A stretch of 62,633 nucleotides of DNA, counting the filler, from Squatina squatina (lineage: Eukaryota), in NCBI GenBank assembly GCA_031763465.1. It is 4 parts of 4 records of this genome, joined end to end, with 100 filler letters (N's around TTAATTAATTAA, not from the genome) between each part and the next. Parts side by side here need not be neighbours in the genome. Positions count along the whole stretch, not along the records: positions 1 to 14,348 come from JARFOE010000100.1; positions 14,449 to 35,561 come from JARFOE010000176.1; 2 more parts are not named here. One strand, written 5' to 3'. Positions 12,101 through 24,600 of the stretch are shown here, piece by piece; position 1 is the first letter of the stretch, and each line of letters opens with the position of its first letter. Position numbers and translations under genes: made by a program. The notes beneath the pieces were generated by a model, which was given only the letters and a program-made list of their open reading frames with translations, had not been told where the DNA came from and searched no databases.

Positions 12101-12894
12101 ACTGCGAAAGGTAAGCTATATGTTTGCATGAAGAATTGGGAAGAAATTTAGGCATCAGATCGTTCGAAGTATTGGCTTTCTCAAAGACGATCAGAATACA
12201 ACTAAATATCAGAATGTGCTGTGATCTGCGTGCATACCTGTACAGAACAAATGGTCTCTCTGCTTGTGGCACATGCAAGCTCACTATCTCCCATTTAATG
12301 AAAAAAACAGTTCAATGCCCCTTAAAAGAAAACAAACAATGGGCCCTCTTAAAACGATGTTTAAATTCACCTCATCAAAAGAAGGAATGAATACATAACT
12401 CCACTTATTTAAAGGAATGTTTAACATCAAGAGTAGATGCAAACAGTTTCTTAAAAGTCACAGAATTGATGTGTTAATTGCTTTGCAATCAAACATACAT
12501 AATCCTATAGAAAGTGTGGAACACTGTCTTAAAGATTACAGCTGGTTATATTTTATGTTGTGTAAATCTGTTTTAAAACAAAAATATTATACGATGAGAT
12601 GCAATGTCTTATTCTGCTTCACTGATGGACTTGAATCTAGGTTGGCCTATCCTATTAGGTCAGAATGTCTAATGGCTATAAGCAGAGAGGGCCCAAGGTT
12701 ACTCAGCTGAATTGTTATTTGGTATGGGAACTTTATTCACACATACAGATTTTAAAATCATTTTGTACATATAACCATTTAAAATTTATCATTGTTCAAG
12801 GTAAATTGGATGATATATTAACATAAGGACAGAGGCATTACACTATGTAACGTAGAATGCATTATTCTGCAGTCAAGGTGAAACGTTATCCCTT

Positions 12895-12997
12895 TAAGAC
12901 CTCAAAGACTAATTTTTTTTTTCTTTTTTTTATGTTATTGTTGTTTTCCCTCCTTTTCCCCTTCTCGGTGTCGTTGGTAAGACCTCAAAGACTAATT
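12895..12997 (-). mobile_element. 63-nt polyA-tailed retro-insertion with 20-bp target-site duplication
   Basis: TAAGACCTCAAAGACTAATT occurs at 12895-12914 and 12978-12997, flanking a polyT run plus a short unique segment. Confidence 0.8.
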
Positions 12998-13137
12998 GAT
13001 GTGAAGTAAACACTCAGTCATAACTCAGGGTTTAACTGCCACTCAGGCCACAATCACCACTCTCTTTTTCGATGCTGAGATGAACAAAGGTGCTTCAAGC
13101 ATTCTAACTCCAGAATGTTCTGTTTCTAAGGAGTAGA

Positions 13138-13177
13138 AATATAGAAAATAGGAGTAGACCATTCGGCCCCTCGAGCC
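13138..13177 (-). mobile_element. CR1-type LINE 3' tail
   Basis: ATAGAAAATAGGAGTAGACCATTCGGCCCCTCGAGCC is the reverse complement of the tail at ~32815-32865. Confidence 0.6.
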
Positions 13178-14284
13178 NNNNNNNNNNNNNNNNNNNNNNN
13201 NNNNNNNNNNNNNNNNNNNNNNNNNNNNNNNNNNNNNNNNNNNNNNNNNNNNNNNNNNNNNNNNNNNNNNNNNNNNNCTCACAGCGCTAAATTCATTAAG
13301 ATTCAAGCAACCATTACAAAAGGAGGAATGAAAACCATTTACTCATAGAGAAAAAAAAATTATTGTTAATGACCCCCATGTCAGTTGTCCCATAAATTCC
13401 AGAGTGAGCGTGCTTATGTACATTAACAGATGGCAGGACAGTGCACCTTCTCCCACACTCAGCAATAATGCTGTTTTACAGCCCAGGCTTCAACCACCAT
13501 TAGTCACATTCTGGGGCCAATCCAAGCACCTGCAGAATGGAATCAACCACGGGCCCAGGATCAAGCACTTCCCACCTCTGTCAATAGCTGATAAGTACAG
13601 CTCACAGACCACACCTTAAAAACAATCAGCCTTTGGACAAAAACGCCATCACAACCTTCCTTCTTGGCTTCAGAGTGGAGCAACTGAAAACCTTAATGCT
13701 AACTCCCCCTTTGCAAACGGCAGCCTTCTGCAGTGCAACCAGTTACAAATATCAAATATAGTATCACTGTAGTATTACTCATATTTAAATGGGTATGATA
13801 TCACCTTGCAATACTATTCTTACAAGACTTCATTTATAAATCTACTTAGAACAGAACATATAGTAATATACACCAATTGGAATCATTACACAAAGTTTGA
13901 ACTGCAGAAAGGTACATAACTTTAGTAATGAAAAAAGATTAAAACTGAGTTAAATGTTCAGAGAATAGTACATGTGCAATATTTTATCTTGCAAATATCA
14001 ATATAATCCTGTGAAATAGTTATTCAGCTATCTTCCTGTCTATTTATTTGTGCACAAATGTTTGCCACAGAAAACATTGACTTGCGGAGGCTCCGGTTTT
14101 CATCCTTTGTTTTGTCCAGTTTGGTTTGGTTTGGTTTAGGATGACATCACCGCCAGAGAAATGATTTAAATTGTTCCAAAATGCCTGGTGCCACCTCCAG
14201 AAACGGATTGATCCCACATTCCAAGGCTGGAAGGTGGAAGAAATTTGGGCGAGGAAGCCTTTGGGGTGAGGGACGGGGAGGGGT

Positions 14285-14348
14285 GGCGTATACAAGGAGG
14301 GACGTCTTACTACAACTGTACAGGGCGCTGGTGAGACCACACCTAGAG
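14285..14348 (+). mobile_element. CR1 LINE ORF2 fragment
   Basis: Translation YTRRDVLLQLYRALVRPHLE is a classic CR1 RT C-terminal motif. Confidence 0.75.
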
Positions 14349-14448
14349 NNNNNNNNNNNNNNNNNNNNNNNNNNNNNNNNNNNNNNNNNNNNTTAATTAA
14401 TTAANNNNNNNNNNNNNNNNNNNNNNNNNNNNNNNNNNNNNNNNNNNN
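14349..14448. other. Artificial assembly linker N44-TTAATTAATTAA-N44 (also at 35562-35661 and 47864-47963)
   Basis: An identical 12-mer with stops in all six frames is centred in three 100-nt gaps (14393-14404, 35606-35617, 47908-47919). Confidence 0.95.
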
Positions 14449-16206
14449 CTCTTGAGCTAGGAACTGCAATTTGTCTGTCAGAGATTAAGAGATCCTTTGC
14501 TAGCATGAGAGGTAGGCTACAAGTCCTGGGGAAGTGACATAGGCAGGAAGAAGAATGTACCTGAAAACACACCTAATATATCACCTGTACGTTAGTGAAG
14601 CAGTACAAGCAGCAGATCATCCTTTAAAGAGGGAGTCTCATCATAAGCAAGGTCACTGTTTTTTTTATTTTTACAGAAAAATAGACTCAATTGAAGAATG
14701 CTGGTCAAAATCCTCGAATCCCATGCAATAAAAGCAGAAGGTGATGTGTGCCACCTCTGTAAACCGATGGCCCTGATCATCAAGCTACATTTTAAATGAG
14801 TCTCACCTTTTACAAAAATAATGGTATGAAGAAATATTGTAAATTTTCAAAGTCTTTCTCTTGTTTTCCTTCAGTATTTTTTGTTGATGATAACTGCTAA
14901 TGAAATGGTTGGGGAGAGTTACCAGTCCTGCAATTGTGTGTGAGCTGAGCAGACATCAGTGGAGATATAGTCAGTTGTACAAGGTGCTTCAGGTTCGACT
15001 GTACATTAATCTAGCTTCCTCACACTCCTGGGCTCAGAAACTCCTCCCAGCCAGAACCTTTGTTAATAACTCTCTCTAATTGATATTATCTCAACTCCCT
15101 CACACTCCCTGNNNNNNNNNNNNNNNNNNNNNNNNNNNNNNNNNNNNNNNNNNNNNNNNNNNNNNNNNNNNNNNNNNNNNNNNNNNNNNNNNNNNNNNNN
15201 NNNNNNNNNNNGATGTCAAAGGGTGCTCAGGACTGCCGCTTGAATTTTTTATAATTTGCTTCAGTAAAATGCTGCATTTGAGGCAGGTGTCAAAGGGGAC
15301 AGAAGTTACCCCATCAAACGCTGTGACAGCGAGTGCTGACAGCTTGCTCACAGTCAGCGTTTAACAGAGTTTCCGGAGACGTCGATTGCTTTGTGATTCA
15401 GCCCACGTTCTGAGAAGGCGATGTTACAGAACACATTGAAACTGCAGAATTGCAGACACATTGGGCAATGCCAGCTTTTGGCAGCAGGCTAGTTTGTTTT
15501 ACCACTGGTGTAGGCTAGCATTTATGTGCAATTCTCCCTCTCTGTCTTTTGCAGAACTGAGGAGTTTTACATTTCAATTTGCACAGAATTCCTTTAAAAA
15601 AAAATTGTTTCCTATTAGCTTTTTGTTTGTTGCAGTTTCTGGTTTTGTTTTTGATGTAGTGCTGCATATTTAAAATTCAAGTACATGTGTCATATGCACC
15701 AAGCAAGCTCATTTAAATCATTTGGGTCACAGCTCAAGAGAGATAATCAGAAGTGACCAGGGGTGATTAGGGAGGATTGCAATTACAAACACTTTAAAGA
15801 ATGAAAATGAAGGAATTAAGTGCTATATGTGAACAGAAACAAAATAATGGGCAAGGAATGAACTGAATATTTATAGAATTGCTCATTGGTTTAAGTATGG
15901 ATGAGTACAAGCTCAAAAACAACTTGTAACTCTTGTTGAAATTTTAAGTGAATTTTTGCCTATATAGTTATGATCTGCAGACTCATTGATGCAGATNNNN
16001 NNNNNNNNNNNNNNNNNNNNNNNNNNNNNNNNNNNNNNNNNNNNNNNNNNNNNNNNNNNNNNNNNNNNNNNNNNNNNNNNNNNNNNNNNNNNNNNNGAAG
16101 AAACCCACAGTTGCTAGTTTTCAGGTTAGCAGAGCCTATCTGGTGGCAGATGTTTGCCTCTCCTTTAATGTACATGTTCACTCTATAGACAGACTGCACG
16201 GTATTC

Positions 16207-16285
16207 AGTAGATTACACAGCCTGTACTGTACTTAGTAGATTACACAGCCTGTACTGTACTTAGTAGATTACATGGCCTGTACTT
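16207..16285. repeat. Short tandem repeat, ~26-nt unit x3
   Basis: AGTAGATTACACAGCCTGTACTGTACTT-like unit is repeated three times. Confidence 0.85.
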
Positions 16286-16399
16286 TTTAAAATTCAAAAT
16301 AACACACATGTGCAGTTTTTGCATTGAAAAGTTGGCTGCGCAGGATCTCTGGAGTGCTACGCGGCCACGCAGCTTAAAGAGACCTTTGGATATAGGCTT

Positions 16400-17265
16400 T
16401 GCTTGCAAGGCCAGTATTTATTGCCTATCCCTAATTGCCCTTGAGAGCCTTCTTGAACCACTGCAGTCCATGTGGTGAAGGTATTCCCACAGTGCTGTTC
16501 GGGAGGGAGTTCCCGGATTTTGACTCAGCGATGATGAAGGAACTGTGATATATTCCCAACTCAGGATGGTGTGTAACTTGGAGGGTAACTTGGAGGTGGT
16601 GGTCTTCCCATGCTGCCCTTGTCCTTCTTGGTGGTAGAGGTCACGGGGTGGAGGTGCTGTCGAAGAAGCCTTGGCGAGTTGCTGCTTTGCATCTTGTAGA
16701 TGATACTTACTACAGCCACGGTGTGTCGGTGGTGAAGAGAGTGAATGTTTAAAGTGGTGGATGGGGTGCCAATCAATGGGGCTGCTTTTCCTAGATGGTA
16801 TCAAGCCTCTTGAGTGTTGTTGGAGCTGCACTCGCCCAGGCAAGTGGAGCATATCCCATCACACTGCTGCCTTGTGCCTTGTAGATGGTGGAAAGGCTTT
16901 GGGGAGTCAGAAGGTGAGACACTCGCCACAGGATACCCAGCCTCTGACCTGCTTTTGTAGCTACAGTATTTATGTGGCTGGTCCAGTTAAGTTTCTGGTC
17001 TATGGTGAACCCCAGGATATTGATGGTGGGGGAGTTGACAATGGTAATGCCATTGAATGTCATGGGTAGGTTGTTAGAATCTCGCTTTTTTGGAGATGGT
17101 CATTGCCTGCTACTTGTGTGGTGCAAATATAACTTGCCACTGATCAACCCAAGCCTGAATGTTGTCCGGTCTTGCTGCATGCAGGCACGGACTGCTTCAT
17201 TGTCTGAGGAATTATGAATAGAACTGAATACTGTGCAATCGTCAGCAAACATCCCCACATCACTA
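16400..17265 (-). mobile_element. 5'-truncated CR1-clade non-LTR retrotransposon (RT C-terminus and 3'UTR), frameshifted
   Basis: GMFADDCTVFSSI carries the RT catalytic motif, followed by TINILGFTIDQKLNWTSHINTVATKAGQRLGIL..LTPQSLSTIYKAQ..SVMGYAPLAW. The 3' tail is GGGCAATTAGGGATAGGCAATAAA. Confidence 0.9.
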
Positions 17266-18544
17266 TATGATGAAATAAGTTGTGAGGAAAAGGTTAAAAA
17301 GAGGTCAAATGATTTCCTAACGATTCCCCTGTGTTTGTGATTGCAAGATAAATATAAATAAGCAAGTGTATAAGATCTATTTAACCACCTCACACTTATC
17401 TGTATTGATATTCATTTGCCAATTACACACCATTCTGCAAGTTTATTAATGTCTTCCATCTAGAAAATGTGTATTTTTCCCCATCGTAGCATCCAACTGA
17501 TTTTTTAATGGGTTCATGTTAAGAAGAACTACCTACTGTCAGTCTGAATGTGTGCCCTCTTGCTCTGCTGTCATCGTTTACCTTTGACACACCTGTGATT
17601 TGACCCTTGACCTACGTTTTCACAAATGGTCGAATGAATCTGCTGGGTCAGTATGTTTTATTGAACAGTAGGAGGGGAGAGTGATTTTCTGTCGGATTCC
17701 TCAGAGGAAGAAGCTGCTGATAGTGATTCAACCTTATCAATACGAACAGAAAGTGACAGAACTGAAAAATGACTTAACAAATCGGGAACAACAGTTGGTT
17801 CATGGTGAATAGTAAACACTTGTCGAAAATGCTAAAGATTTGTTACTAACTGAGCTGCAGGCATGCATTATTTTTAACGCTGTTAAGTTTAATTACCGTG
17901 CAGAAACTGCTTAAAAAAATACAATGCACTAATGTTGCTAATTGCGTGTTGAGATGCATTAATACATAATGACTGAATAATTTGCTGGTAATCTAATGCA
18001 AATTTATTGGCAGATAAACGTGAACTGATTATATCATTGGCATTTATGCATTTTGTTGCTGCAAGGGTGAGAATTAATATCCCATGACAGCCCGTGAGGA
18101 AACTAAAAGAGAGAAAAAGATAAACAGCGAATGCTGGAAATCTGAATCAAAAAACAGAAAATGCAGGCAATACACAGCAGGTTCATCAGTAGGTATGGTA
18201 AAGAAACTGTAAAGAGGCAGCCTTGCGAAATAGTGCTCCAGGTTTGGAGCCTTGCCTGTCAGCAAAGTATATTGTGAATTTACTAACGTTCTTCCCCTTT
18301 TTTTTTCATGAAAGTGAATGGTCTGAAAATCGTGGTAATGTGTGCCTGGCTTCCCGATATACACGCTTAGTGGGCGAGGCTCGTGCCTGGAGCATGATTT
18401 TGCAAAATTACTCCAGTCAAAATCTATATTTACATGACCTGCATTATATGAAACAAAGGCACGTGAACCAAGTTTTGGCACCCTGCTTAAACCACCAGTG
18501 TATCACTTCAGTTTCAAACACTGCTTTACATACTCACTCACTAT

Positions 18545-19024
18545 AAAACACACATCCCCCTCACACACTACAATACACATACCCCAGTTACACACTGCGA
18601 TACACATTCCCATCTCACACCCTGCAATACATAGACTGCCACTCCCACCTCACACATTGCAATACTCACTCCGCACCTCACACATTGCAATACACACTAA
18701 CCCCAACAAAATGCAATACTCAATTGGCCCCACACACTGAAACAAATACTCCGCCCCACATGCTACAATACACAACCCACCTTGCACACTGCAATAAGCA
18801 CTCCCAGTTACACACTGCAATACACACTCCTATCTCTCTCACTACAATAAGCAGTCCCCCATTCCCGCCTCACACATTGCAATACTCACTCAACACACAC
18901 ACTGCAATAGACACTCCCCCCTCACAGCACTGCAATAATCCGTCCGCCCCTCACAGCACTGCAATCATCCGTTCGCCCCTTACAGCACTGCAATAATCCG
19001 TCCGCCCCTCACAGCACTGCAATA
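18545..19024. repeat. CA-rich minisatellite (CACACTGCAATACAC.. core, ending in ~28-nt units)
   Basis: Repeated CTGCAATACAC / CCTCACAGCACTGCAATAATCCGTCCGCC units run into a gap. Confidence 0.85.
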
Positions 19025-19124
19025 NNNNNNNNNNNNNNNNNNNNNNNNNNNNNNNNNNNNNNNNNNNNNNNNNNNNNNNNNNNNNNNNNNNNNNNNNNNN
19101 NNNNNNNNNNNNNNNNNNNNNNNN

Positions 19125-19330
19125 GGGAGTTCTCCCTAGTATCCTGGTCAATATTTATCCCTCAACCAACATCACTAAAACAGATTGCTGTCATTGGGAA
19201 CTTGCTGTGCGCCAAATTGGCTGCCGTGTTTCCTATATTACAGCAGTGAGCACACTTCAAAATTATGTCACTGGCTGTAAAGCATTTTGGAATGTCTTGA
19301 GGTCCTGAAAGGCAAGTTCTTTCTTTCTTT
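19125..19330 (+). mobile_element. Deu-domain SINE (SacSINE1-like) 3' portion
   Basis: GGGAGTTCTCCC...CAATATTTATCCCTCAACCAACATCACTAAAACAGATT...TTGCTGTGCG..AAATTGGCTGCC...GGCTGTAAAGCATTTTGG followed by a (TTCT)n tail. Related copies lie at 38660-38870 (-) and 40420-40650 (+). Confidence 0.7.
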
Positions 19331-20097
19331 GCATCAGAGGAGCAAGGGAATGCAACTTTAGGTTCTCAGAAGTCCTTTTAAACCATGTGCGCTGGGGAAG
19401 TTTTGAAATGTTCACGCACTTAGATTACAGCATCGAGGGCGTTAAACCAAATCAATCTGAGGTTAAGCACAGGATGTCCAACTTTGTGCTGCACTATTTA
19501 AAAACAAATGCATGTTCCTTAAATCAGAACATCTTCAGGTTTGTCAACAGTTCAGTAGTTTTTCTCCCTCAGTAACTGGTGCAATGTAAATGTTACAATG
19601 ATAGCTGAGGGGAAAATATTAGGCTTTTCAGAGAGGCCGAGGTCTCAGTGCAAAAGCTTTAATGAAGGTATTCAAAGACACAACAAAACCTATGGGTTAA
19701 TTTAATCATGTCATTGTATGATATGAAAAATATATCTTATTTTGTTTACAATCTTATTTTGTATATTCGGAATTGAAGTCACAGAGAAAAATGGCAACCC
19801 ATTTCCAAGTTAAACGACTTGGGATTTTCTTGCATGTTTTAATCAGTTTGCCTTTCACTTTCTTTTATTCATAATTTCTCTTGACTGATCATTCGAGATG
19901 GAATGTTTTCATAAGACCAGCAGTTTTTCATTGGTAATTTTCAAATGTTCCTGACACTTTCAGCTCTGATTTGCTGATGTTTTACTTCAAGTCAATTAAC
20001 AAAATTTGGCACAAAAGAATGACAGATTAAATGTGAGAGGAAAATAAAGCAACATAGAGTGACAGTTAAGTGCTACAGGGAGCAAATCTTACATTTA

Positions 20098-20310
20098 TAA
20101 GAAGCCCACAACATATGCAGGAAGCCCACGCTATATGCAGGAAGGCCACAATATATGCAGGAAGCACATAATATATACAGGAAGCCCACAATATATGCAG
20201 GAAGGGCATAATATATACAGGAAGCCCACAATATATGCGGGAAGCCCACGATATATGCAGGAAGCGCACAATATACGCAGGAAGCCCATAATATTTGCAG
20301 GAAGCGCATG
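20098..20310. repeat. 20-bp minisatellite x~10
   Basis: GAAGCCCACAATATATGCAG unit in tandem, abutting a CR1 tail (ATAGAACATAGAACATAGAA...GGCCCTTCGGCCCAC). Confidence 0.92.
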
Positions 20311-21329
20311 ATAGAACATAGAACATAGAAAATACAGCACATAACAGGCCCTTCGGCCCACGATGTTGTGCCNNNNNNNNNNNNNNNNNNNNNNNNNNNN
20401 NNNNNNNNNNNNNNNNNNNNNNNNNNNNNNNNNNNNNNNNNNNNNNNNNNNNNNNNNNNNNNNNNNNNNNNNTGCACTCAATCTGCGTAGACGTTGGTCC
20501 CAGTGCTACATTCGTGGGGTCCTTTTTTTTAGTTGTCCTGGGCAGACCCTTAAACAGGCGTTAGGCCCCATAAAAATGTAAATTAGGGGCCTAACGTGGC
20601 GACTATGTTGATAACATCCGAGGAGCCATTTCCATCGATCCTCAAGACTCTCATATCAGGAGTGAACTGGATCAGATTAATTTCTAGGTCCACATATCAG
20701 TAAGCTTGACTTTGGCAGCCATCACAACCAAGCCCAATCCCGTCCTCACCTGGTGTCCACACAAATGTAGCAACCCCGACACTAATGACTAACAGCAGAA
20801 AACTCAACGAACCAGGGATCAAACCTGGAAGGTTTCTGGTCTGCTGGGCTCTGTTCCAAATGTGAACAACTGGGAATAATCTATAAATCTTTTCAGAATT
20901 CATATTATTTTGTTTTGCTCGGCAAGGTGAGGAACTCTAATGTTGAGTATCCATTGTCTGCATCAGGTACTCCCAGGTCAGGGGAGATGCTCCTTGTATT
21001 TTGCACTATAATATGCATAAACACCTCCCACCCTATACTGTGACATTTTACCCCATCCCATGTCAGCTAAGCCTTTGTGACTGAGATTGTGAGTTAGTAC
21101 CAGATTAGGAACAGTTTGTTGCAGTGGGCAGATGCCCACTAACTGAATTGAGACAATCCCAAACTAGGACCTTTGCAGCCAACAGATATACGTGATGTTG
21201 CACCACATGACTCTGGCATTACCCACTCCCTTCGTTTGCTCATTTGATGCAACACAACCATTGAGGAAACAGGATTGGCAGTTCAATTACTAATTGACAT
21301 TTAAAAACATTACTTCCCACACCCATCAA

Positions 21330-21645
21330 GCTACAAAAAAAGCAAGGCTTGTTTGTGGTGTCAAAGATAAAAAGCTGGCAAGACATAAAAGAGAAAAGTT
21401 ATTTGGCAGGAAATCCCATTACTTGTCTGCATTGAAAGGAGATTTGTGTCGTGATCAAGAGAGACAAGAAAGTGTGGAAACCATTTATAGTGAAAGGACA
21501 AACAAGGATAGGGTCGTATTCAGTGAAACCAAGAGAGGATACTTACAGGAGTAGCAGGAGAGATCTCATTAAGACAAGAAAAAACTATTTGACAGAACTG
21601 GAGACTGATGAGTTACATGCTGTACACACAAAAAGAAAGAACTAA
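21330..21645 (+). mobile_element. Degenerate Ty3/Gypsy integrase C-terminal remnant
   Basis: KVWKPFIVKGQTRIGSYSVKPREDTYRSSRRDL resembles the W.P..V....RSY.V....YRRNRR.L motif at the end of Gypsy pol. It is frameshifted against the upstream L.GD.V motif. Confidence 0.5.
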
Positions 21646-24600
21646 AACAGACAGGAGGAAAATTACAGATGAGCAGGAACAAGCCATCGCCAGTGAGTGA
21701 CCAGCAGAGGTCAGAGTAATTGCAGAATATTGGAATGGATATTACCCATGAAGTGTTTCCGTGCTATTATATGAAGAGATAGGTCATCTGGGGTCTATAA
21801 TACCAATTAAAAACCTCCTTACATTTTCAGGTAGAACACCTTCATCTTCTGATTTTGCACTAATAGTTTGAACGTTTCAAAACAATGTGATGCAAAGAGA
21901 TGCACACATGAAACACCGACTGAATACAAATGACTTTTGCCGGGAACATGCTGTGCTAGGCAAACTGCTAAGAATTCAAGGCTGAATTGAAAGTAGATGG
22001 AAACTTAAAGCTTCTGAGTATAACATTGTCATCTTACTGCACAAGTGATCTGTAATTACCCGGAGCAACCATACTGGGTTTAAACTCCTGCACAGTGAAT
22101 GGGATGTAAAATTAGCCAATCTGAAAGTGGAGCAGTACGATATTTGCTTTCAGTCTGTTCTAGATGGACTAATTCTCAGGCAAGTAGTACATTGATAATA
22201 CAAGAAACAAGTGTGGATGNNNNNNNNNNNNNNNNNNNNNNNNNNNNNNNNNNNNNNNNNNNNNNNNNNNNNNNNNNNNNNNNNNNNNNNNNNNNNNNNN
22301 NNNNNNNNNNNNNNNNNNNGAGGCTGCTGCAGCGTCGAAGTGCAGAACTGAAATGAAACAGCAATCTTAAGCCTCAAAATATGTTCTGTGTTTCGTAAGA
22401 GAGCAAGAGTGCCTCAGGCTACATTTATCAGCTCAAATTGAATCATTTCAGAAATTAGCAACCTCTCTCCAGTACAGCAACACAACACATTCCAATCTTC
22501 TTGTCCTTGTCTCCTAAGGCAGCATAACCTCATAATACTGATGCATCCTTCAGCCTTTTGGGCAATGTCACTGCACACCATTGCACATTTGAAGGGAAGG
22601 TGCCTTGCTTGATCACTAGTGTTGATTGAATCAGAGTCTCATTCCTCAGATTAGACCCGAGAGATTTTGGAGCAGCAGTCTATCAGAGACATTGTTTATG
22701 TCGTGCTTTCTTGTCAGAGTCACTGTAGTCGTATGTTTGTGCTGGAAATACAGAAACTATTTCAATCATATTGGTGTGATGGACAACCCAGAAAGCAGAC
22801 AATGGAAGTGATTTACTCCAATCCACGGTCAACTGCCTGCACAAAACTGATGAAAGCAAACGCGTTCTTTTCCAAAAGCGTACAGCATTACATTTGTATT
22901 TTTTTTTCAAATTGTTTATAGGCTATAAATAAAAGATTGGTGGAAGTTTTTAGGGGCAAAGTTCAGCAACCCCGCGCTCCCAGCAGCACCCGGCAACTTC
23001 CCGCCACATTTGCGGCCGCCGTCCAGAGCATCATAAAGTTAGGGAATTCACCGAAATATTTAAACTCTCCTGGCGCTGCGCTCTTGCTGCCAATTACAGG
23101 TGAACCTCATACAGCTCAATTATCTTCAACCCCACTGCAAGCCTTAAAAGGCTTGTGGCTGNNNNNNNNNNNNNNNNNNNNNNNNNNNNNNNNNNNNNNN
23201 NNNNNNNNNNNNNNNNNNNNNNNNNNNNNNNNNNNNNNNNNNNNNNNNNNNNNNNNNNNNNACAATCCACCCTGTTTCTACCCGTAAACAAAGATACAAA
23301 TCACTTTTCGCCTTGAGTGAAAGTGGCTTTCCTTTTTAAGAGATTTCCATATTCCAAGTTCTACAAATCCTTGAATTGTCCTTGCTTTCAAAGGAGTGTT
23401 TTGGAGGTTTAGGGCCCTGATGCCAGAGAGAGTGCACATTATAGCAACATAGTGTGACAGCATTGTACATCAAAATCATCTAATTAGCACAGAACCTCAG
23501 AGCGATAGGCCATTTGCTACTCATTACCACATGCATAATCCTGATTTCTATCATAATAGAAGCCGTTTTATTGAGATTGAAAGAAAGTTTTGTTCAGGTT
23601 AAAGGGGCACTGTCTATGTGAAAAAAAAAACATTTGGGAATCTTATTTTGGTGGGAGGGGGCAGGAGGGAGATGGAGTACAGCTTTGAAACTGAACCAGT
23701 AGAATAAGTTCTTGTCATCATCCATTTTGTTGTGATTCATGTTTGTAAACATTGTTTTTTTCATTTAGACATTGCCCCTTTAAAGCAGCCATTATTGGTT
23801 TGACTTTACCAAACAATCCACTACTGAACCTTTTCACCCACTGTCGGTGCAATGGCCCACCATTAAACCCTGTTGCACTGCCACACAATCTACATCACCT
23901 CATGATCCATCCCATCTTTCTCTCCTGTTCTGTGGCTTCAATCTGCTGCTGCTTTTAATTCATTTCCACCTCTGTTGTCACCCTCCATTCAAGTTCAGGA
24001 GCCTGGTAATGTCCTCGATTTGCAGACGGGTTTGACTTTGACTTTGGGCCATCCCAGTGCCGCACAACAACAGCAACAACAGAATAAAAATCCCACTTAC
24101 TCTTTAATCAAGTAGTAAAGTTTGCTCTTTGGATCAGGGAAAACACAACATAGCAACAACAAAAGATAAAGGATTTGTTCGCTTCCTCCTTTTGATTCGG
24201 ATACATTTTGTCAGGTTGCTTCAGAGTGCCATGACAGCCAATATCAATCGGGGGCCTGAGTGTGTGTGCGTGTCCCATTCCTTTTTGTTAGAAAAAAGAA
24301 AACTTATCTCCAAGACAGCCNNNNNNNNNNNNNNNNNNNNNNNNNNNNNNNNNNNNNNNNNNNNNNNNNNNNNNNNNNNNNNNNNNNNNNNNNNNNNNNN
24401 NNNNNNNNNNNNNNNNNNNNNNNNNNNNNNNNNNNNNNNNNNNNNNNNNNNNNNNNNNNNNNNNNNNNNNNNNNNNNNNNNNNNNNNNNNNNNNNNNNNN
24501 NNNNNNNNNNNNNNNNNNNNNNNNNNNNNNNNNNNNNNNNNNNNNNNNNNNNNNNNNNNNNNNNNNNNNNNNNNNNNNNNNNNNNNNNNNNNNNNNNNNN

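Noticed and set aside
14393-14404. TTAATTAATTAA as a piggyBac site or biological motif
   Set aside because: It is centred exactly within 100-nt N gaps three times and has stops in six frames, so it is a synthetic assembly linker.
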